64,000 nucleotides of DNA from Octopus vulgaris (taxonomy: Eukaryota): positions 100,936,001 to 101,000,000 of the forward strand of contig OX597823.1 in assembly GCA_951406725.2 (NCBI GenBank). Reading direction: 5' to 3'. The translations under genes and the position numbers were made by a program. Positions 39,301 through 52,074 of the stretch are shown here, one piece after another. Below the pieces are notes generated by a model. The model did not search any database and was not told where the DNA came from. It saw only the letters and a list, made by a program, of their open reading frames with translations. Position 1 is the first letter of the stretch; each line of letters opens with the position of its first letter.

Positions 39301-39545
39301 TAATATCTCAACAAAGGAATTTGATAAGCTCAAAAAATATAAAGATTTACTAATGGAAATCGAAAAGATGTGGCATCTCAAGACAGTGATTGTAGGAGCA
39401 CTTGGAATGATCTAAAAAGGAACTGAAAATTATTTGAGAATGTTCTCTGTCTTACCATCCATGCAGAAAGTACAAAAGATTGTCTTAACTGATACATCAC
39501 ATGTACTGAAAAGAGCATTGTCACTGTGAATTTTCTTTCCTATTT
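28900..39545 (+). mobile_element. Head-to-tail cluster of ~10-12 co-oriented R4/Dong-clade (RLE) LINE fragments separated by (TAA)n tails
   Basis: Repeated CxxC...H...C / RHD / ILWDF...PD / IDxxxP / K..KY / GxLG motifs at ~29500, ~32050-32640, ~33850, ~34700, ~36000, ~37500 and ~39000. (AAT)n tails at ~30160, 32815, 33330, 33825, 34270, 35170 and 38150. Confidence 0.85.
30251..32825 (+). pseudogene. Largest R4/Dong-type LINE piece: RT + CCHC zinc finger + RLE
   Basis: WKSPGID, NYRPITCL, WIDYKKAFDS, GIFQGDSLSPL, HLFYMND (YMDD), YKYVG, GGRGL, RHD, ILWDF and KISKY. Many stops. Confidence 0.88.
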
Positions 39546-40452
39546 TTCCGCCTTATTTCCATGAGAACCAATGAACTGAAGTATTTCGGATTGCAAGTCA
39601 GTGTGTGAGAGAAAATGTTGATGTCATAGGAGAGAAATGTGTCCGCATGGATGATGGTGCACTTGCTTTTAATGACTCTGTAAAGAAAAAGATTTGGAGA
39701 TGCCATTATGAAAGACTGTTGAATGTGGAGAATAAATGGGCAGAGGAGAGCATGCCAAATGTTGACCCAACTGGAGGACCAGCTATCCAAATTGACAGTA
39801 CCCTGGTAGATAAAGCAATTAAGGATATGAAGACAGGAAAAGCACCTGGCCCACTGGGAATCACCACTGAGATGCTTAAAATATCTGGCAGTGTGGGTTA
39901 TGGTCTAGTTGCCTGTATTGTAAATCAAGTGGTTCAAGAAGGAGTCATACCCAATGACTAGTGTAGCAGCACCATAGTTGAAGCTACAAAGTTGAAGGTG
40001 ATGCTTTAGATAGAAATAATTACAGAGATATCAAATTGTTGGATCAGGTGATGAAATTTGCAGAGTCATAACCCAACTAATTAGGGAGAGAGTTAGTCTA
40101 GATGAGATGCAATTTGGTTTTGTGCCAGGTAGAAGCATCACTGATGCTATGTTTCTGGTAAGACAACTGCAGGAGAAATACCTAACCAAAGATAAACCTC
40201 TGTACTTGGCATTTGTTGACTTGGAGAATGCTTTTGACAGAGTCCCTTGATCCCTTATCTGGTGGTCAGTGAGGAAATTAGGGATAGACGAGTGGTTGGT
40301 GAGAGTTGTACAAGCCTTGTATAGGGACGCAACCAGTAAGGTGAGGGTGGGCAAACAAGTACAGTGAAGAATTCGGGGTACAAGTAGGTGTTCACTAAGG
40401 ATTTGTGCTCAGCCCCCTCTTGTTCATCATAGTTCTCCAGGCAATAACAGAG

Positions 40453-41014
40453 TGTTATGTGTAGTTTGAGTTCTAATGGGATAGACAACCAAATGAAAGC
40501 CATTGTTATTGTAAACGTGTTTATTTATAAATGTGAGGGCGCGTGGCTTAGTGGTTAGGGCATTCGGCTCATGATCGTATGGTTGTGAGTTCGATTCCCG
40601 GCGACGCGTTGTGTCCTTGAGCAAGACACTTTATTTCACGTTGCTCCAGTCCACTCAGCTGGCAAAAATGAGTTGTACTTGTATTTCAAAGGGTCATCCT
40701 TGTCACTCTGTGTCACGCTGATTATCCCCGAGAACTACGTTAAGGGTACACGTGTCTGTGGAATGCTCAGCCATTTGCACGTTAATTTCACGAGCAAGCT
40801 GTTCCGTTGATCGTATCAGCTGGGACCCTCGTCGTCATAACCGGCGGAGTCTTTTTAAACGTGTTTATTTACTATTCATGTTACATGAACTCGACCTTCA
40901 GCGTAGTAATACATAATATACTTTACACACAGTTTGTACTATTCACTAACAAAATAGTGCCAAGAGTGGGGATGTAATCTTTGCACGTATACACATAGAT
41001 ATGAATGTGTAACA
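40453..41014 (-). mobile_element. Solo LTR of gypsy family A with 5-bp TSD CAGAG, itself interrupted by a SINE
   Basis: TGTTA...TAACA termini. CAGAG at 40448-40452 and 41015-41019. Confidence 0.9.
40528..40855 (+). mobile_element. tRNA-derived SINE with 16-bp TSD
   Basis: A box TGGCTTAGTGG, B box GTTCGATTCC, and GTGTCCTTGAGCAAGACACT domain. TSD TAAACGTGTTTATTTA at 40512-40527 and 40856-40871. Confidence 0.9.
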
Positions 41015-41375
41015 CAGAGGAATTCAAGACATTTCTGAACATCATACCCCTATATTCTAACTTGGCTTAATAGACAAAGAAAACCATTTATCAGTTGGTG
41101 ACTGGGTCATCAGCATCATTATCATCACTCACTTTCCACCACTATCACCACCATCATCAGGTTTTAAGTCGGCATTAGTTAGACTATATATTTCTTTTAC
41201 AATTACTCATGCATTGTTGACACATCTATCAGCAGAAATCCTCCATGTGCTATTGAAAGAGGTATTTCATTGGGCGAGGAAGTAGCTAGGAATTACTACT
41301 ATAGGAAGAAACAGAATATGAGGAATATGGAAACAAACTAACAAAAAAATAAGCGATTAAAAATATATATTTATT

Positions 41376-41383
41376 AAAAAAAA
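41376..41383 (-). terminator. Pol III oligo-T terminator of tRNA-Asp
   Basis: T8 on the minus strand, ~8 nt downstream of the discriminator base. Confidence 0.75.
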
Positions 41384-41391
41384 TAATTCGC

Positions 41392-41463
41392 CTCCCCGGC
41401 GGGGAATCGAACCCCGGTCTCCCGCGTGACAGGCGGGGATACTTACCACTATACTACCGAGGA
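41392..41463 (-). tRNA. tRNA-Asp-GTC: tRNA-Asp (anticodon GTC), intact
   Basis: Minus strand TCCTCGGTAGTATAGTGGTAAGTATCCCCGCCTGTCACGCGGGAGACCGGGGTTCGATTCCCCGCCGGGGAG forms a canonical 72-nt cloverleaf. Confidence 0.97.
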
Positions 41464-43867
41464 ACAGCTGATAACCTGGTTAAAATTTAAGAATATATTC
41501 GTAGTAATATAATTTTTTTTTTTCCCTAAATGTGTTTTCTTGGTTTTTACAGTTCCTGCTGCAGAACTTTTCGTGTCTCTTAATTATGGATGTTGAGTGA
41601 TGATCAAAAGTATTACATCAAGAAGCATTCTTTCGATAGAATGCCCATAAGTTTTGTTTTAAAGGTTCAAAACCTCAGCAGTTACCTCGAAGTATGTAAT
41701 AAACAAAAATGGCAATCACTCGTTGTCATTGTTTACTGCTGTTCGCTCGTTAGTTTCCAGGAAAATTATTTATTCACTTTTGTTTTCATGATGTGTCGAA
41801 GACGACATTAACTCTTATGTGGCAATCTTACGGTTCTAGTATACTTTTCCGTCGATTTCCGTAAAAAACTTTTATTTTTTTACATATGGGCTTGCGGGAA
41901 CTTTTGAAGTAATGAGAGCGAAAGAGACTAAGAGAAAGCGATTGTATGACGAGGGAAGTTCTTTTGAACTTACCGTGCATGGGAAGCATTGATGTACATG
42001 TGTGTGTGTGTGTGTTTGATGGGGTGTGGGAGACAGAAAGTATGTTGTGTAAGTGAAGTGCTTCTGTTAGTATGTGTGAAGAGACAGAGTAATGTGTGAA
42101 AGAGAGATAACTGAAATTTTTTACTCGGTTTTTGTAGTGCGTGCGTGTATGTGTATATGTATGTATGCATGTATGTGTGTGTGTATATGTATCTATGTAT
42201 GTGTGTGTGTATGTGTGTGTGTGTATGTATGTGTGTGTGTGTGTATGTATGTATGTATGGCCGATTCAGTGTTTACATTATTTCGAGTTAAAACGAAAGA
42301 TTACCTTTGCCTGTTTATGTAACGGTCTGCTATGTAGAAAATAATGAGGTTGACTCAATGGAATAATGACAGTGATCGAAGATATGGGCAAAAAATTTTT
42401 TATTTAATCGTTATACATGCCTTGTCGACTGCTACTGTGCAGCCTTAATGTCTCTGTTGATGTGGCGATGGTGAAATGGTAAGAAAAAGACGGGAGAGTT
42501 ATAAAATGAGGAGATATTCTTCTCATGAGAAAAGAGTTGCATGCAAAGGAAAAAAAAGTTAATAGTCTATAGATGTGCACAGAAACTGGGTGCAAGCATG
42601 CATATATATGCATGTGTAAACATTGTGTTGTGCAGCAAAAGGAACGAACAGTACAAAATGTGTAACGAAAAGTGACAAAATCCGATTGGTAATGTCCTGT
42701 GTGAAAAGTCTATGCTGAAAAGTGAGAAAAGGTTAGTTCTCTTGGTTGGGTAGCTGTCCTAAGTGTTGCATTTATGTATGGCAACTGTTTCCCTCGTGGA
42801 TCTGTGCATCGGGTTGCAGTACATGTGGAATGTAATTGGTGTGTGTCCATTGAGTCGGTGACTTCATTCCTTTCGTGTTGTGTTGGGCGTGTGACGATGG
42901 AACTGAAAACTATGCGTCGTGAAAGTTCGTGTCCTATAATTCTTGTTGATGCGACTGGCACGGACTGTAATTGTTTTCAAGAGTTCATGCAATGCTAAAG
43001 TAGTAAGTCTTTGAAGTCGAGCTCACCAAATGTAATGGATAAGGTAACGAAGACTGCAGTTCTGTGGCTCGGGGGTCAGCAATTGTGGCAGGGTTGTTGT
43101 GTTCGAATCACGTTGTGGGTAACCAGTTGTATCGTTGTATCGTTGTGGTTGATGTATTCTAATAACGTCGGTCTGTCACCAATTGTCGATGCTCGATGCT
43201 GACAATAGAGAATGTGAAGGTGGCATTGTCACTTCTTCATTTCGGCCGACTGTAGAAAAAGAGGTATATCACTGTGACACCTATTGTTTTCGTGTGGTGT
43301 CTGTGTAGACGCGGAAAAGTTCTAAGTCAAACGGAAAACATCAATTGACTTAGCAAAGCCATGTGATGAAATTAACTCAAAGTACTACATATGTATTTGT
43401 AGCTACAGCTCGTTCTAACCATTTCTCTTATTTCTGTAAAATGAATTGTGGAAGCAAATTTCAGAGAAGAAACTGGAAATATCAACTGTGCATGGTAGCA
43501 AATTGTTTCATGTTTGATTTTAAAAAAAAAATTTGGTTCAGACTCTCGATGTAATGAATACCAAATTAAAAAGCCATTACAAAAAATAGACAAATAAAAA
43601 ATTAAACATTAGACCAAATTTTGCTTGCACGGGTTATTTCCGTGTATAGAAGACAATTTTGTAAAGGTATTTTAAAATTCCGAAAATCATAAAAGTTACA
43701 AGATCCGAAAGGCGCATGGAGAAAAGAAAGGAATGCAAATTACTAAGATACAAAAAGAAGAAATTAATAATAATAAATATAAAATTATACAGATTCCCAT
43801 GAATTTGAGGCTAAATTAAACAACAGAACACATTTTATGAACTTCATAAAACACATTTTTGAAATCA

Positions 43868-44252
43868 TCTCTCTATATATAAACGGCAGTTTGTCTGTGC
43901 GTGTTTCTGTGTGTCTGTTTGCTTGTACCCTCACCCTGACCACGGCTTTCAACCGATTCTGATGAAACTTGACACACACATAGCCCAATGTCATAATTCA
44001 AAACTAACGTAGCCAAAATTTTGAAAAGTTTCCCCAGTTCTGAAAAAAATCGATAAATTCGACATGGGGTCGAGAATCAGAAACACGAACCACAAACTGT
44101 CTAGGGGACGCAACTCCATCCTTTTTTAACTCTCAAAAAAAATTTACCATCATTTTTTTCCATTTTTTTGCTATTTTTTGGTTATAACTCTCTAAAAATG
44201 CTTTATAGTTATTTCCCTTACAAACCTGAGCAACGCCGGGCGATACTGCTAG
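43868..44252 (+). mobile_element. Non-autonomous Helitron
   Basis: A|TC start and CTAG|T end. The 3' end is nearly identical to 1340-1448. Confidence 0.75.
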
Positions 44253-44309
44253 TACAGGATAATACTGTCTAATACATTTTATGAAGCTCATAAAAGTATT
44301 ACTGCTGTT

Positions 44310-45150
44310 GTAACGTCGCCAACAAAATTCATGCTAATATGTTGAAAACAAATTATCGGACGTTCCATGCATTTTCCGATAATTGGATTTCACGTGACTC
44401 CACATCCCTTCCATGGTGTTTGTGTAGATTGAGGCATCGTTGGGATCCACAAAGCTCACACTGTGGTTCACAGTCAAATGGTTGGGTAGGCTGTTATACG
44501 CTCGCCATGAATCTGTGATAATCTTAGTTCCTGGCAATACATGGCGGGTAATAATAGGCAACAATGTTGCTGCACTTCTGTCCTGCACAGGAACTAAGAC
44601 ACATCTCAGACTACAGCGCTCGATCATCCCTAAAACCCAGTGACCTTCTCGATAAGTACCACGATGATATTTCCTGTGCATGAACTTGGATTCATCGATC
44701 TCTACAACAACATCTTCTCCTCCAAGTTGCACAGGGTGGTCAAAACACCATATGGCACAAACATCGCGGAAGTAATTGTACCAGTTGACAATTGCCTCTG
44801 GTCCAATTCCAACTTCACCCATCACAACACTCTGTTTACATTCAATTATCGCCCAGTAATACATCAACTCGAGGAGACAAGTCAATGGTAGGTGTGAACC
44901 CGCGAAAAACGAGTCTCGCCTAATGCTACGATATTGCTTGCAAACAGTACACCTCCACATTTTCCCATCGGATACTGTATTGCGTGATGCAAGGTACATC
45001 CGCCCATTACAACATTCCGATGAATTGTGGATCAATCCCACAGATGCCAGGAATTAGATTGCTGAATCCGCGTTACTCATGACATGAATGTCTCGCAGAT
45101 AGTCAGATCTTTGAGTTATCTCATCAACGGAAAGGACAGATTCAACAATC
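44310..45150 (-). mobile_element. Merlin / IS1595(ISXO2)-family DDE transposase, probably a pseudogene
   Basis: ORF 44334-45041: Zn ribbon (C..C...WRCTVC), VVEIDES, WVLGMIER, IITDSWRAY, TVNHS.SFVDP and TNTMEGMW. There is a stop just before the expected EF.WR motif. TIRs not identified. Confidence 0.85.
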
Positions 45151-45277
45151 CTATATCGTCCAGCCATAGTGGGATCTTATGGAAGAGTATATGATGTAAT
45201 TAATAGTAATTAAGAAAATGTACAGGAGAGTTTGTTGCCAGATATGTGTGTGTGTGTGTGTGTGTGCTTGTGTGTCT

Positions 45278-45316
<39 letters not shown>

Positions 45317-46962
45317 GTGTGTGTGTGTGTGTGCTTGTGAGTCTGTGTTTGTGTGCAAAACGAAAATAAAATAAAGATATTACGTTCCAAAAGTCTGTTC
45401 GATCAGTCGTATTAAAATGTGGAGAAAGACACAATGAAATTGTTACAGAGCTGCGTTGGAGCTAGTAAGCTGGCAAAGAGTGTGGGACATTGATATCCTA
45501 GCAGTCCTTTCCTGACGATTCCTTACTAAGTCATGAAATGGCTTGTTCTGTTGATGACAAGTGACTAACTTACTTTCGCTTGGTATGTGCTTGCTTATAT
45601 TAAGATCCAGAAGGATAGATATATCATTGAGAACAATAGATTTAGTTGATTTAGCTTATGGTGTAGTAGAAGAGGTTAGAAAGGGTCAAGTGGTGAAGAC
45701 ATTATTTCAGCCTAGCTAAAGGCATCTGGAAAATGTAAAACTGCTGCCAGAGAATAACGATTCGCGACACATTAAACACAAAAAAATTAAAACAATATTC
45801 ATCGAAATTTCGCCTATTTTTTTATTCTTTTACTTGTTTTAGTCATTAGACGGCGGTCATACTGGAGTGCTTATTTTTTTAAAGTCTGGTACTCGTTCTA
45901 TCGGACTTCTTTTGCCAAACTGGTAAGTTATTTATTTTTTAAATGGCATTATTGAAATAAAAGAGCAGTGGTGTGAACTAAGTCGGTGGAGCGTTCGACA
46001 AAAAGCCACGCGCTATTTTAGCTGTGTGTCCGAGGGAATTTCGAGTGGAGAAATTTTAGGGATCTGTTTCCTTGCTTCAGTCAATAGATTGCGGTCAAGC
46101 TGGGGCACTGCCTTGTTGAAAAAATAGTCTTTCTTCTTACAAACGTAATTACAAGTGTTCCAGAATATGGAATAATTCCTTAAAATAACGAAAGATAACG
46201 AAACAAAAAAAAAAATTCATTTTAATTGTGGCATTTATTCCGAAGGAGCGATGAAGGGAGGGGGCAAGTTTGTAAAAAGATTTTTTGCTACAGTGCAAAT
46301 TATAGTGCAAATTAATCGCCATATGGGCGATCCTTCGGTATTGATCTGCAAGAATGTCAGTATAAGAAGACGATGTCATTTACTTTCTTTATCAGCTTAG
46401 TCCCTTTCTCTGTCATTATTGAAAATTGTGTGGTGAATGTCTACCAATACCGAAAGATTGCTTTACATGTGTTTTAGATTGTCTTACATGTGTTTTCTTG
46501 TAAAAATGACAAAAATTGAAGAAATTCCATTTTGTGTGAGACAGTTATTCCGAACGAAATTCTATCGTGTGCCTTAAACATTTTGAGTTCAAATCCCGAC
46601 ACGGTCGAATTTGCTGTTCATCGTTTCGGGGCTCGATAAAATAGAGTACCAATCAAGTACTGCGGTAATCGATTGCTGCCCTTCTCAGGAGCCATAAACA
46701 AAAACACGTTGTCAGTTGACGTAAACGGTACCAGAACCGTAACATCGCCTACTTTTCTAGTGCATTTTTGCCGCACCTCTTAGTTACGGGGATGTAGACA
46801 CACCAACACCGAGTTGTCAGCGGTATTGGGACATAAACGCCCACCCATCCACACACACACAAATATACACATGCACACACACACACATACATACACACAC
46901 ACACACATACATACATACATGCATACATACATACATACATACATACATACATACATACATAC

Positions 46963-47050
<88 letters not shown>

Positions 47051-50000
47051 AAGTGGGGTTTAACTGGGATCCATCATTTGTCGGTTCTTAAGCGAAAGAA
47101 AATTATTAAAAAATTTTAATCGAGGTAGAGGATTGGAAGAATCGATGGAATGTCGGACAAAATACCTGCACTAATTAAGTGCAGCCTTTTTACGTTCTCG
47201 TCAAAATCGCTGACCGCGGTCAGCTTTCGTTTTCATCATCCTTCTGATGTCGATAAAATAAAGTAGGAGCCAAATACTTGAGTGATTATCCGAATTACAA
47301 TAAATATGTATACTGATTGTGAAGGCACGAATTCAAGTAGTTTGGGTGTTGTGGGGTTCGAATCCTAGACAGGCAATCCGTTGTGTTTTTGAGCAAAAGG
47401 CTTCGTTTCACGTTACTACGATCGACACAGTTTTAAATGGGCAACCCTACCCGTCTAGCCTCGGGGTGGCATCACTCAGAAGCTACAACAATGCGAGGAA
47501 GCGCATTGTGACCAGTGATATGTAGCAACATCCAACAGTCTAGTCGGTACAGTGATTTGTGTTGATTCTTAAGTTTGGATGAGTTCGTGTGCCGTGGGGA
47601 GAAGAGGAATTTGGCATTTCGGAACTGTCCCGTCGTATCAAAACAACACACACGCACGCCCACGCATACGCATATATATATGAATGTGTAACATCCTTTC
47701 TTCTTGAAAAAAATAAAGGGGTCTTTTGGCAGTGAAGACAAATATAGTAGTCTCCCTTACTCTAATGGATTGTCAGCGCGAGGTGGCAATCCTGCAGCAG
47801 AAACCGTGAGATTATTCTGCCTCTGCTTTGTAATCTAACAGAATTAGTTACTTATCTTTTCGTTTTTTTTTGTTTGTTTTTTTTTGAAAAAACTTTATCA
47901 TGAATAAAAAGAGAAAATATTTACATTTTTTTTTATCAAAATATACCATTAGTTTCAATTGCCTAAAAGAATTTAATAAGAAAATGAAAACCAAATTGAG
48001 TAAAATTAAATTAATCATAGCAGTTTTTGAAAGTTCATGTATATATTTTTTTTTTGTATGAAATTCATATGGTAGCAGTTATTGGTCTTCTGATGTCTGC
48101 TAAGCCATAAAAGTAGTTTTTTTTTTCTTTAACGGTATCGAACCGGTGGCAGGATGTTCTTTCTCCATCTGGTGGATCTTGTGCTTCGCACCGGTGTCTG
48201 AGGTGTGTTGTTGGGCTGCTGGTGGGTGGTTTGTGCCCGTTGGGGTGATGATTCTGTGGGTGTTGTCACTGATGCAGCAGGTGTTGTACACGTTGTCCTC
48301 AACAGCTTTGGTGTTGGGCAGATGTGGGTCCTGTTGCGTCTCAGCTGCCTACCAGATTCCGTTTCTATTATATATGATCTTGGAGTTTCAGCTCTACTGA
48401 CAACCTGTGCTGGGATCCATGTTTTAGTTGTGGGATCTTGAGTATGCACATGTTGTCCTCCAAGTATCTCAGGTAAGTATTGTGCATGTTTGTTGTAATA
48501 TTTCTGTGATTGTTCTTGAGTGGCTGCTTGTCGGGTTTTTTCCATAGCTTCATGTAAATTGAAGTAATGTGTGGTCTCATCCTTGCCATGCACTTGGATG
48601 TCATCTTCTATTCCAATTGCTCCCTTGCAGCCTTGGTAGGTCTCATCTATTTGGCGCTGGAAAACATCTTGGCTCACCTTCGGTGTGTTGAAGGTAGTGA
48701 GCATGGATGACTCTTTGTCTATCTTTACATTCCAGTACCCATTACTGGCATCCAGTTTGCTGAATAATTTGGACCCAGCCAATGATGGTGTGATTTCTTC
48801 AAGGGTTGGAATTGGATGGTATTCTCTTTTTAATGCCTTGTTCAGGTCCCTAGGGTCAAGGCATATCCGTAGGGTACCATTGGGTTTTTCCTTGATTACA
48901 ATTGAATTCACCCAGTCTGTTGGTCGTGTCACTTTGGTGATTATTTCTTTTTTTTCCATTCTATCCAACTCTGTCTTCAGCTTCTCTTTTAGTTCTAGAG
49001 GGACGCGGCGAGGTGGGTGAACAATTGGTTTGATATTGGGGTCGACTGTTATATGATATCGACATTTCACAAAGCACCCGACTGTATCGTCAAAGCATTC
49101 AGGGTACATGCTTACCAGTTCCTCTTTGTTTGTGATTGGTATTCGGTCTTTGATAGCCATATCTCTGTCAATCCTGCTCGGAGTTGCCTTCACTTCACCA
49201 TTGATTGACACAATATTTAGCTTTTTGCAGGTATTGAGTCCAAAAATTGCTGGTCCTTCTGTTCTTGTGACATAAAAAGAACACTTGATTATTTTTCCTT
49301 TGTGTGTCCCTGTAATTGTTGTTTTACCCAGTTGTGGAATCCTGGTACCTCCGTACGCAGTGAGGATTACATCACTTGATGTGAGGATTCCTTCTTTGAT
49401 TTTATCCTCTTGTGTCATGTGTTCTGGGAACATCTTTTTGTAGAGGTTGACATGTAAGATATCACTCTGGGCTCCAGTGTCAATCTTCAGCCTTAAGTCA
49501 ATGTTTATTCGTTTCTTGCCAGACTTCTTTTGTATTCTTATTGTTGTGTATGCCTCATTTTTTTTCTGGTCATTTCCCATCTCATGCACATTTATTGTGC
49601 CGACTGCCAAGAATTCCTCCTCTGAGGTGTTTTGTTCCTGTAGTAGGGCATGTATATCTCTTTGTCTTCTCTTTGAAAATTGGGGCTTGTATTTCTGAGA
49701 TTTTTTTAGTCTACACATTTTTCCCCAGTGGTTAGGTTTTCCACATGCTTTGCAGTGTGTACCGAATGCAGGAAATTTCTTCCGGTTATCGAACTCATGT
49801 TCTGTACCACAGTACTGGCATGTTCTTTGTTTGCGGGTATGTTTCGTCCTGTGCCTAGATACAATATCTACACTGCTGTCTAGTGGGCTTGTTTGTAAGG
49901 TGAGGCCATTTGTTTGGTAGTGGCTTCGAATGCTCTTGCAGTGTCTACTGCTTCTATCAACTGAAGAGCGTCCTTACCTATGAGGGACTTCTGAACTTCT

Positions 50001-50547
50001 TTATGAGCACACCCCCATATTAATTGATCAACAATTCTTTCGTCCTTATCTTTGAATTTGCATTTTTCGGCAACATTCTTTAGTCTGGACAGGAAATTGT
50101 CAATCGTTTCCTGTGGGTCTTGTTTCAGGCCCTGGAATTCATATCTGTGAATTCTATGGTTCGATTTGGGCTCTAGGTGCCTTTCAAATTTCTCTAAAAG
50201 TGTGTCTGGGTTATTGCAATCCGATTCTGACATGTCCCAGCTATTGAATAGGTCTAGACCTTTTTCGCCCGTCCATAAAAGGATGTAGCTTACCTTTTCA
50301 TCTTCAGTTGTGCCTTTCAGGAAACTTTTGAAAGCTAGTTTAGTTTTCTGTTTGAATTTCTTAAATGCCTCCACGATATCACCGGAGTCCCAGTTCATGG
50401 TCGGATGTAGATTCATCTGTACGGCGACGGGGGCCGCCATTTTGGATTCTCGTGTATGTGTGTCCGAAGACGAAGCGATGTTTTGTTTGTTAATTTCTGG
50501 TTCGTTGTGTTTCTGTTTTGTTGTAAAGGCACAGTTTCCGATTAATT

Positions 50548-50565
50548 ATCCCATCACTGCCACCA
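50548..50565 (-). promoter_or_regulatory. Primer binding site, most similar to the tRNA-Leu 3' end
   Basis: TGGTGGCAGTGATGGGAT directly follows the 5' LTR. It is complementary, with 2 mismatches, to ATCCCACCGCTGCCACCA (tRNA-Leu 3' end, from recall). Confidence 0.7.
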
Positions 50566-50791
50566 TGTTATGTGTTATTTCGTTCTAATGGGATAGACAA
50601 CCAATATGAAGCCATTGTTATTGTTTTACGTGTTTATTTACTTTTTCATGTTACACGAACTGACCACATTCAGCGCAGCAACACCTATATAACTTTAGAC
50701 AGCGTAGTAATACTTATAAACTAGTGTCAAAAGCGGGGACGCATTCCGCACACGCACGCCCACCCATACGCATATATATGAATGTGTAACA
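50566..50791 (-). repeat. 5' LTR of gypsy family A
   Basis: TGTTA...TAACA termini; homologous to 17478-17705. Confidence 0.88.
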
Positions 50792-50930
50792 TGGACTTTC
50801 AAAAATCCATCTGAGTAAAGCCATAAATGAAGCTTGTAGCTATTCAGCCTCATTAGTTATTCATATTCCATGTCGCAGAGATCTGAAAATGAGACCAGTT
50901 GTGGCTGGTCTGTCTTGTGAGACACACTAA
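50792..50930 (+). mobile_element. Possible short Penelope RT N-terminal remnant
   Basis: GLSKIHLSKAINEAC...DLKMRPVVAG.SCETH resembles the PLE GLPKIHK...RPIV motif. Confidence 0.35.
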
Positions 50931-52074
50931 CCAAATAATGGTTCGCTACCTTTTGGAACTGTTAGATGAGAGTAGTGAGCTTCGTCATTATTTTGGATTG
51001 TTTGTAATTGTTAATTCTTTCATAATAGGGATCTTTTCCTTTTGAACGGCAGTTTTCAACACAATTTCTAGTAAACTAAACACTTTTAAACTTCGTATAC
51101 TGGTAGAATGTGTTTCTAAAACATCATTTTTTCTTGGCTTTATTGAGAAAATTCTATATGTTGTAACATATTTCCACTTTAATTTCGAGCATTTCGGCAA
51201 TTTTAACCAATCGCTGACCCCCATTGACGTTACGGCGGTTCTCTGTTTATTCTACCCTAAGCTTTCTCTTAGGTTATATTATTTATTTAGGCTTTCTCTG
51301 AGTAAGGAAGAATATAATGATTCAACGTCACTTATACTCAAGTGTTATCATTATATCTTTAACCCTAGCTGCAGTTATAACGTCATATAGACATATACGC
51401 ATGGAACGCTACATCAACGACCATGTATGTTGAATATTTTAATCGTGTCCTTTAAACCGCTATAAGAAACATAAATCAAAGATTACAGAAATGCATATTT
51501 ATCTATGCTCAGTTGAAAAACAAACGTGAAGAGAAACATATTCTTTTTAATTATTTTTATTATATAGATATAACAATTCATATTATTTACAAGAAGAAAG
51601 ATAACTTAGTCGTGAAGAAAAACTACTATAATTTCCTTAGCTAATTTCTTCTTTCTATCTAATACGTTAACCAACAAATCAAAATAGATTTGTGATTAAC
51701 GTAGACATGGCATAAAAATTTACCGATGTCTCCAAAAGAGTGAGTGACGTGGAGTTGAATAACTGTCAAACGAACACTGAAATATCTTCCAAAATCCAGG
51801 GTTTTTATAACTGCTCAACTTGACTCAAAAAGAATCGAAATTCATGACAGATATTCTTTACGAAACTTCTAGAATCTTTATATGAGCAGTTATATTAACC
51901 AATGGAAAAGAACGAAAATGATAATTCTTCGGCAAAGACATTACGTCATATTGCCAATTCGCGCCACATTTCAAAATGGCTAAAATGGTTATTGCTACAA
52001 CGTAAACAACATTCCGTGCTGTATGAATATGTCCCTCGTTTAAGAAACAGATTGGGTTTATTTACATTTGCGAA

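Larger units (their letters stand above)
39550..41040 (+). mobile_element. RTE LINE fragment interrupted by a solo LTR
   Basis: KTGKAPGP, QFGFVPG, LYLAFVDLENAFD and LSPLLFIIVL. The frame AITE|EFK is split by the LTR. Confidence 0.85.
47649..50791 (-). mobile_element. Ty3/gypsy family A, internally deleted copy (5' LTR, PBS, gag, protease, partial RT fused to the integrase tail, PPT, truncated 3' LTR)
   Basis: gag 49880-50440 plus CCHC knuckle (CKACGKPNHWGKMC), protease IDTGA, and RT PPRRVP/WVNSIV/RICLDP/LDASNGYW. The 3' part is nearly identical to 17706-18290. Confidence 0.92.

Noticed and set aside
40533-40610. Second tRNA gene
   Set aside because: A and B boxes are present but there is no proper cloverleaf. 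It continues into a SINE body with a TSD.
44334-45041. Bacterial IS1595 contamination or recent horizontal transfer
   Set aside because: Eukaryotic Merlin elements share these motifs, and the ORF is embedded among host microsatellites and a Helitron.
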